DNA of 11,300 bases, from the NCBI GenBank assembly GCA_027339965.1, contig DAHWNL010000060.1, forward strand, positions 1 through 11,300, read 5' to 3'. The notes under the pieces were generated by a model. That model saw only the letters and a program-made list of their open reading frames with translations. It was not told where the DNA came from and searched no databases. The stretch's first letter is position 1, and each line of letters begins with the position of its first letter. This document shows, piece by piece, positions 6,576-11,300 of this stretch. The DNA comes from Granulicella sp. Lineage in GTDB: Bacteria > Acidobacteriota > Terriglobia > Terriglobales > Acidobacteriaceae. The position numbers were made by a program, and so were the translations under genes.

Positions 6576-7400
6576 ATGAAAATCAAAGGCACAATTCGCA
6601 ACGTTTGTGCCGCTGTAGCCATGGCAGCGGCAGCCCTGGTGATCTTGCTGCCAGCGACTCCGTCGCAGGCAATGATCTTCATCACGGCCGGCTATGCCCC
6701 ACCCCCAATCCCTGTCTACGCGCAACCGCCCTGCCCGGGTGATGGCTACCTGTGGACGCCCGGCTACTGGGCCTGGGGCGGAGGAGGCTACTTCTGGGTG
6801 CCCGGCGCCTGGGTGCTTCCGCCTTATGCTGGAGCCCTGTGGACTCCCGGTTATTGGGGATGGAATGCCGGTTACTATACTTGGTTCCCGGGCCGCTGGG
6901 GCCTCTCCGTCGGATACTACGGCGGTATCAACTACGGCTTTGGATACTTTGGCGTCGGCTTCTACGGCGGCTTCTGGGCTGGGAGCCACTTCATGTACAA
7001 CCGCGCCTACACCAATTTTTACCCGGGCTTCCACGGAAACTTTTACAACCACCCCTACGCCGGTTTCAGCGGCCGCCCGGGAGGAGCTTCCTTTACCCAG
7101 CAAGTGGCCTTTCGCGGAGGCGCGGCTTTCCGGGGCTCGACCATTGGCGGGGTTAACCACAGTAGCTTCGGCGGGCCCGGGGCCGTAGGAGGCACCAATC
7201 ATTTCTCCGGTGGCGCCGCCGGCAGCCACTTCGGCGGCGGGAACAACTTTAGTGGCACCGCCGGCAGCCACTTCGGCGGCGGGAACAACTTTAGTGGCGC
7301 CGCCGGCAGCCACTTCGGCGGTGCGGCTGCCGGCAGTGGTCACTTCGGCGCTGGCGGCAGTGGTCGATTCGGCGCCGGCGGTTTCGGTCGTGTGCGATAA
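6576..7400 (+). CDS. Secreted YXWGXW-repeat protein with a Gly/Phe-rich low-complexity C-terminal tail
   Basis: Signal peptide ending in SQA (residue 32), then APPPIPVYAQPPCPGDG and four W-x-P-G-x-W units (WTPGYW, WVPGAW, WTPGYW, WFPGRW), YYGGINYGFGY, and a Gly-rich tail. Purine-rich GGAAGGG lies upstream of the ATG. Confidence 0.9.
   Translation: MKIKGTIRNVCAAVAMAAAALVILLPATPSQAMIFITAGYAPPPIPVYAQPPCPGDGYLWTPGYWAWGGGGYFWVPGAWVLPPYAGALWTPGYWGWNAGYYTWFPGRWGLSVGYYGGINYGFGYFGVGFYGGFWAGSHFMYNRAYTNFYPGFHGNFYNHPYAGFSGRPGGASFTQQVAFRGGAAFRGSTIGGVNHSSFGGPGAVGGTNHFSGGAAGSHFGGGNNFSGTAGSHFGGGNNFSGAAGSHFGGAAAGSGHFGAGGSGRFGAGGFGRVR
7211..7321 (+). repeat. In-frame 42-bp tandem repeat, about 2.6 copies (GAAGSHFGGGNNFS)
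   Basis: Units begin at 7211, 7253 and 7295 (TGGCGCCGCCGGCAGCCACTTCGGCGGCGGGAACAACTTTAG), with one mismatch in copy 2 (GCC to ACC). Two degenerate 24-bp units follow (GSGHFGAG, GSGRFGAG). Confidence 0.95.
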
Positions 7401-7448
7401 GGCCGGCTCCATCTGCATAGGCCTGTCGGCAAAGAATTGGGGGGACCT

Positions 7449-8633
7449 TCAGGACGCGGTCGATATCCTTTCCTTCTGCCCCGCTAAGCGCAGCACCATA
7501 TCCGCAATCCGATCCAGCGCGCCCGGCCTGGCCAAGGCTTTCGCGCGCTCGGTCATCGCTCTTCGGCGCGGTTCGTCCCGGAGTAGCTCCCGCAACGCTT
7601 CTCGCAGCGTCTCAGCCGTCACATCCTTCTGCAGGAGCATCTCCGCTGCGCCGGCCGCAACCATCGCCTCTGCATTCCTGCGCTGGTGGTCATCCGCAGC
7701 CGTAGCCAAGGGCACCAGCAAGGACGGCTTTGCAGCCGCGCATAACTCAGCCACTGTGCTCCCGGCCCGGGCCAGCACCAGATCCGCCGCGGCATACTGC
7801 TGCGGCATATCGGTCAGGAACGCCTCCACCGCCCAGCGCGACGCATCCGCTCCGCTGGCCGCATAGGCTGCTCTGGTAGGTTCCAACTGCCGGGTGCCGG
7901 CTTGATGAACAATGGTCAGCCCTGGAACCTCCTCCATCAACTGCCTCACGATCAAGGGCATGGTCTGGTTGAAGACCAGCGCTCCATTGCTGCCGGCAGT
8001 CACCAGCAACCGCGGAGCGTGGTGCTCGGAAGCGGCTTCCGCTGGCGGTTGTGCGGCAAAGATCTCTGGTCGCACCGGAACCCCCGTAACCTCTGCGCCA
8101 CGAAAGTACGGCGCTGTCTGTGCAAAGTTCACCGCTGCCGCGTTCACATGGCGCCCCAGCCAGCGGTTGGTAAGCCCTGGCGCCGCGTTGGGCTCATAGG
8201 CCAAGGTAGGAACCCGCAGCAGCAACGCCGCAATCATCGCCGGCCCACTGGCGTAACCGCCTACACCCACCACCACCTGAGGCCGGAACTCCCGCAGCAG
8301 TCCAACGCAGCGCAGCACGCCCAGCGGCAGATCCAGCATCGTGCGCAGCCGCGTCACCAGGCTCACATTCTTCCATTGGCCGGAGCGCACCAGTTCCAGC
8401 CGAAAGCCTGCCTCCGGCACCAGCCGCGCCTCCAGCCCGCGCGCCGTGCCCACCAGGCATACCTCGGCTCCATGCCGATCACGCAGCGCCCGCCCGATCG
8501 CCAGCGCCGGCATCACATGCCCGCCCGTGCCTCCCCCGGCAATCATCACTCGCAACGCATGGTCTCTCACTCGGCTCACAACCCAATCCTTACAGCTCTG
8601 TTCTCCACCAGCGGCAAGCTTCTGGTTCGGCAT
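7449..8633 (-). CDS. murG: Undecaprenyl-PP-MurNAc-pentapeptide N-acetylglucosamine transferase
   Basis: Motifs IAGGGTGGHV, GVGGYASGP, EPNAAPG, TGVPVR, RAGSTVAEL and DDHQRRNA; position after ftsW. The start is uncertain (ATG 8633, or a later GTG/TTG at about 8579-8555). Confidence 0.96.
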   Translation of the reverse strand: MPNQKLAAGGEQSCKDWVVSRVRDHALRVMIAGGGTGGHVMPALAIGRALRDRHGAEVCLVGTARGLEARLVPEAGFRLELVRSGQWKNVSLVTRLRTMLDLPLGVLRCVGLLREFRPQVVVGVGGYASGPAMIAALLLRVPTLAYEPNAAPGLTNRWLGRHVNAAAVNFAQTAPYFRGAEVTGVPVRPEIFAAQPPAEAASEHHAPRLLVTAGSNGALVFNQTMPLIVRQLMEEVPGLTIVHQAGTRQLEPTRAAYAASGADASRWAVEAFLTDMPQQYAAADLVLARAGSTVAELCAAAKPSLLVPLATAADDHQRRNAEAMVAAGAAEMLLQKDVTAETLREALRELLRDEPRRRAMTERAKALARPGALDRIADMVLRLAGQKERISTAS

Positions 8634-8666
8634 CTCTGCCAGGGGTTCGCTCTTGACCCTCTGCCT

Positions 8667-9758
8667 TCAATCGATCTCGCGGGTCATATTCAACAGCACG
8701 CCCATGCAGGCCAGGGTCACAAAAATGCTGGTTCCACCGGAGGAGATCATCGGAAGCGGCAAGCCCTTGGTCGGCAACAGGGCCAGAACCACGCTCATAT
8801 TGAAGAACGCCTGCACCAGCACAATCGTCGTCAATCCAAAGGCCAGAAACCGTGCAAACGGGTCAGTGGACCGATAAGCCGTCCGCAGTCCGCGGTAGCC
8901 CAGGATGCAGAACGCCGTCAGCACGCAGAGAGCGCCAATCAGTCCCAACTCTTCGCAGATGTTGGCGAAGATGAAATCGGTGTGCGGTTCAGGAAGATAG
9001 AACAGCTTCTGCCTTCCCTCCATCAATCCCAGACCGCGAATCCCTCCCGTCCCAACCGCGATCAACGATTGCAGGATATGGAACCCCGCCCCGCGCGGAT
9101 CGGCCTCCGGATGCATGAAGACGAACATGCGCTTGGCTCGCCACGCCACATGGAAGAGCATGTAATAGATCACCGGCGAGGCGGCAACTGCGCCCGCCAG
9201 CACCCACTTCACCGGCATCCCGGCTAGAAACAGCATCAGCGTCATCACCGCCGCACAAACCAGGGCCGTCCCCAGATCCGGCTCCTTCAAAATCAGCGCA
9301 ATGAAGAGCAGTGGGGGAATCACCGCCGGCAGAATTGTCTCCTTAAAATCGTCGATGGCATGAATGCGCGTCTGCAGATACCAGGCCAGAAACAGCACAA
9401 TCATCGGCTTGGCCAACTCCGAGGGCTCCAGCGTGATGCCAGGGAAGCGTACCCAGCGATGCGCTCCGTTCATCCCACCCCAGGCGAAGACCGAGAGCAG
9501 CAACAGCCCAGTGATGCCCATCAGCGCAAAGACCAGCTTCGGGTTGTTGTACTTCTTGTAGTTCACGCGCATCAGGACGAACAGCACCATCATGCCCGCC
9601 AGGGCATATCCTGCCTGCTTGCTGACATACGCATACGGCGAGCCCAACGTGGCTTTGGCCAGCACCGCTGAAGCTGAAAAGACAGAAACCAGCCCAAACA
9701 GGACCAGCAACAGCACGATGCCGAACAACCATTTGTCAACGCCGACGCGCTTTGCCAT
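8667..9758 (-). CDS. ftsW: SEDS-family peptidoglycan polymerase FtsW
   Basis: Multi-pass membrane protein with NGAHRW, EPSELAK, EPDLGT, LPEPHTDFIF and PTKGLPLP; located between murD and murG. Confidence 0.96.
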   Translation of the reverse strand: MAKRVGVDKWLFGIVLLLVLFGLVSVFSASAVLAKATLGSPYAYVSKQAGYALAGMMVLFVLMRVNYKKYNNPKLVFALMGITGLLLLSVFAWGGMNGAHRWVRFPGITLEPSELAKPMIVLFLAWYLQTRIHAIDDFKETILPAVIPPLLFIALILKEPDLGTALVCAAVMTLMLFLAGMPVKWVLAGAVAASPVIYYMLFHVAWRAKRMFVFMHPEADPRGAGFHILQSLIAVGTGGIRGLGLMEGRQKLFYLPEPHTDFIFANICEELGLIGALCVLTAFCILGYRGLRTAYRSTDPFARFLAFGLTTIVLVQAFFNMSVVLALLPTKGLPLPMISSGGTSIFVTLACMGVLLNMTREID

Positions 9759-9800
9759 CCGCCTCTACACCCATCCAGCCCCCAACGCTGCGCCCCGCCG

Positions 9801-11180
9801 TTACGGAATTGCCGCCACCAGTTGCTTGAAGACTTGTCCTCGCTGCTCGTAGTTCTCAAACTGGTCAAAGCTGGCGCAAGCGGGAGCTAGCAGCACCGTA
9901 TCGCCCGGAGAGGCCGTCTTCTGCGCCAACGCCACTGCTGGCTCCAACGTCCCAGCTCTTTCTATCTTCACCATCCCATCCAGTTGGCGCTCGATCTTTT
10001 CCGCGGCTGTACCAATGGTGATTACCGTTTTTACCCGCTCCCGCAACAGCGGTTCCAAAACACGGTAGTCGGAGCCCTTGTCCTTCCCTCCAAGGATCAG
10101 GTGAACTCCGCCGGTAAAGGCCTCCAGAGCCTTGATGGTCGCGTCCACATTCGTCGCCTTGGAGTCGTTGTAATACCTCACCCCACCAATCTCACGCACA
10201 AATTCCAGGCGGTGCTCCACAGCTTTGAAATCTCGCACCGCCGTGCGGATCGTCTCGCTCTCCACACCAGCCAGCCGCGCTGCGCACACCGCCGCCAGCA
10301 CGTTCTCCAGGTTGTGCGCGCCGACCAACGAAATCTCTGCTACCGGCATCACCGGCTCGGGGCGGGCTCCTTCGCGCGGCACGTAGACAATCGACTCTCC
10401 GTAGACGAACGCTCCTTGTTTGATCGCCCTCCGGCGACTGAACCAATAGACCTGGGCGCCTCGGCCCGGGGTCGCGGTTCGCGCCGCCACCATCTGGGCA
10501 TGGGCGTCCTCCGCGTTCAGCACCAGAAAGTCCTCGGCGCTCTGGAACTCTGTAATCCGCGCCTTGAGCGCCGCATAGTGCTCAAAGGTTCCATGCCGGT
10601 CCAGATGATCCGGCGTGATGTTCAGCACCAGCGCAATGAGCGGCTGGAAGCTCTCCACCGTCTCTAGCTGGAAGCTGGAAACCTCCAGGACGCTCCAAGT
10701 CTCGGGCGTGCTCTCATCCACCATCGAGGTCACCGGCCTCCCGATGTTCCCACCCACCAGGGTCGGCCTGCCGGACGCCTTCAGAATCTCCCCGATCAGC
10801 GTCGTCGTGGTGGTCTTTCCATTGGATCCAGTCACTGCAACAACCTGGCCCTGCAGGTACTCCGCGCCCAACTCCAACTCGCCGATAATCTGCGCTCCCA
10901 AGGCGCGTACCTGCTTCAACTCCGGCGTTGAAAGCGGCACGCCGGGGCTGACCACGATCAGATCCTGGCGCCGGAAGGTCAGCAGCCCATGCCCGCCCGT
11001 CTCCACCATGAAGCCCTGATCCAGCATCTCGGAGATCTCCGCAATCAGCGTAGCCGGGCGCGCATCGCTCACCGTTACCCGAGCGCCGCGCGCCTTCAAA
11101 AACTGCGCCGCCGAGACTCCGCTCTTCCCCAGCCCCACCACCAACACGCGCTGATTCTTCAACTGAATCTGTTTCTTCAT
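9801..11180 (-). CDS. murD: UDP-N-acetylmuramoyl-L-alanine--D-glutamate ligase
   Basis: Motifs VVGLGKSG, VVSPGVP, VTGSNGKTTTT, LEVSSFQLE, NITPDHLDRH, NDSKATN and LLAPACASFDQF. I place the start at MKKQIQLK (ATG 11180) rather than TTG 11237. Confidence 0.97.
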   Translation of the reverse strand: MKKQIQLKNQRVLVVGLGKSGVSAAQFLKARGARVTVSDARPATLIAEISEMLDQGFMVETGGHGLLTFRRQDLIVVSPGVPLSTPELKQVRALGAQIIGELELGAEYLQGQVVAVTGSNGKTTTTTLIGEILKASGRPTLVGGNIGRPVTSMVDESTPETWSVLEVSSFQLETVESFQPLIALVLNITPDHLDRHGTFEHYAALKARITEFQSAEDFLVLNAEDAHAQMVAARTATPGRGAQVYWFSRRRAIKQGAFVYGESIVYVPREGARPEPVMPVAEISLVGAHNLENVLAAVCAARLAGVESETIRTAVRDFKAVEHRLEFVREIGGVRYYNDSKATNVDATIKALEAFTGGVHLILGGKDKGSDYRVLEPLLRERVKTVITIGTAAEKIERQLDGMVKIERAGTLEPAVALAQKTASPGDTVLLAPACASFDQFENYEQRGQVFKQLVAAIP

Positions 11181-11300
11181 ATCCAGAGAGCTTCCAGACC
11201 GGCCGGAGCCATGCGCGAGGGGTTTGCAGCCAGGCAAGCGCGCAAACCGCCAGCGAGGACCCTTCGCTCCGGCTTCAATCGCCTTAAGAAGGCTATCATC

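Noticed and set aside
7211..7321. Tandem repeat as a CRISPR array
   Set aside because: The units are contiguous with no unique spacers, lie in frame within a CDS, and no cas genes are present.
6453..7418. 321-aa minus-strand ORF, co-oriented with the dcw genes, with AEVAAGGATKVVPA repeats
   Set aside because: Antisense shadow of the YXWGXW gene. Its repeats mirror the 42-bp unit, while the plus-strand protein has a signal peptide and family motifs.
7902..9227. 441-aa plus-strand ORF and other long ORFs opposite murG, ftsW, murD and murC
   Set aside because: Antisense shadows of conserved genes with strong GC codon bias; no motifs.
7449..9758. Motif variants in MurG (AGSNGA, RAGST) and FtsW (EPSE, ISSGGTS) as signs of inactivation
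   Set aside because: Both frames are intact and key residues such as the FtsW HTD aspartate are retained; these are most likely lineage-level variants.

Overview
GC-rich bacterial DNA, most likely Acidobacteriota (Acidobacteriaceae-like; inferred from the FtsW start MAKRVGVDKWLF, the MurC start MFAPSQRVHF and a lineage-typical secreted protein). The right two-thirds is part of the dcw cell-wall/division cluster on the minus strand (murD-ftsW-murG-//-murC). It is split between murG and murC by an antisense gene for a secreted YXWGXW-repeat protein with a Gly/Phe tandem-repeat tail and a candidate ECF-sigma promoter. Downstream of murC, murB/ddl/ftsQAZ do not follow within the window. Instead there is accessory DNA: a secreted hypothetical protein, a short flavin amine oxidase, a decayed IS3 left end overlapping the toxin's last codons, an intact-looking Xre/MbcA/ParS-RES toxin-antitoxin pair, a small glycoside-hydrolase 3' remnant missed by the ORF track, and the left end of an IS630 element at the window edge. 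I cannot show a new system from sequence alone. The best candidate is a possible noncontiguous-operon (excludon-like) arrangement inside the dcw cluster.
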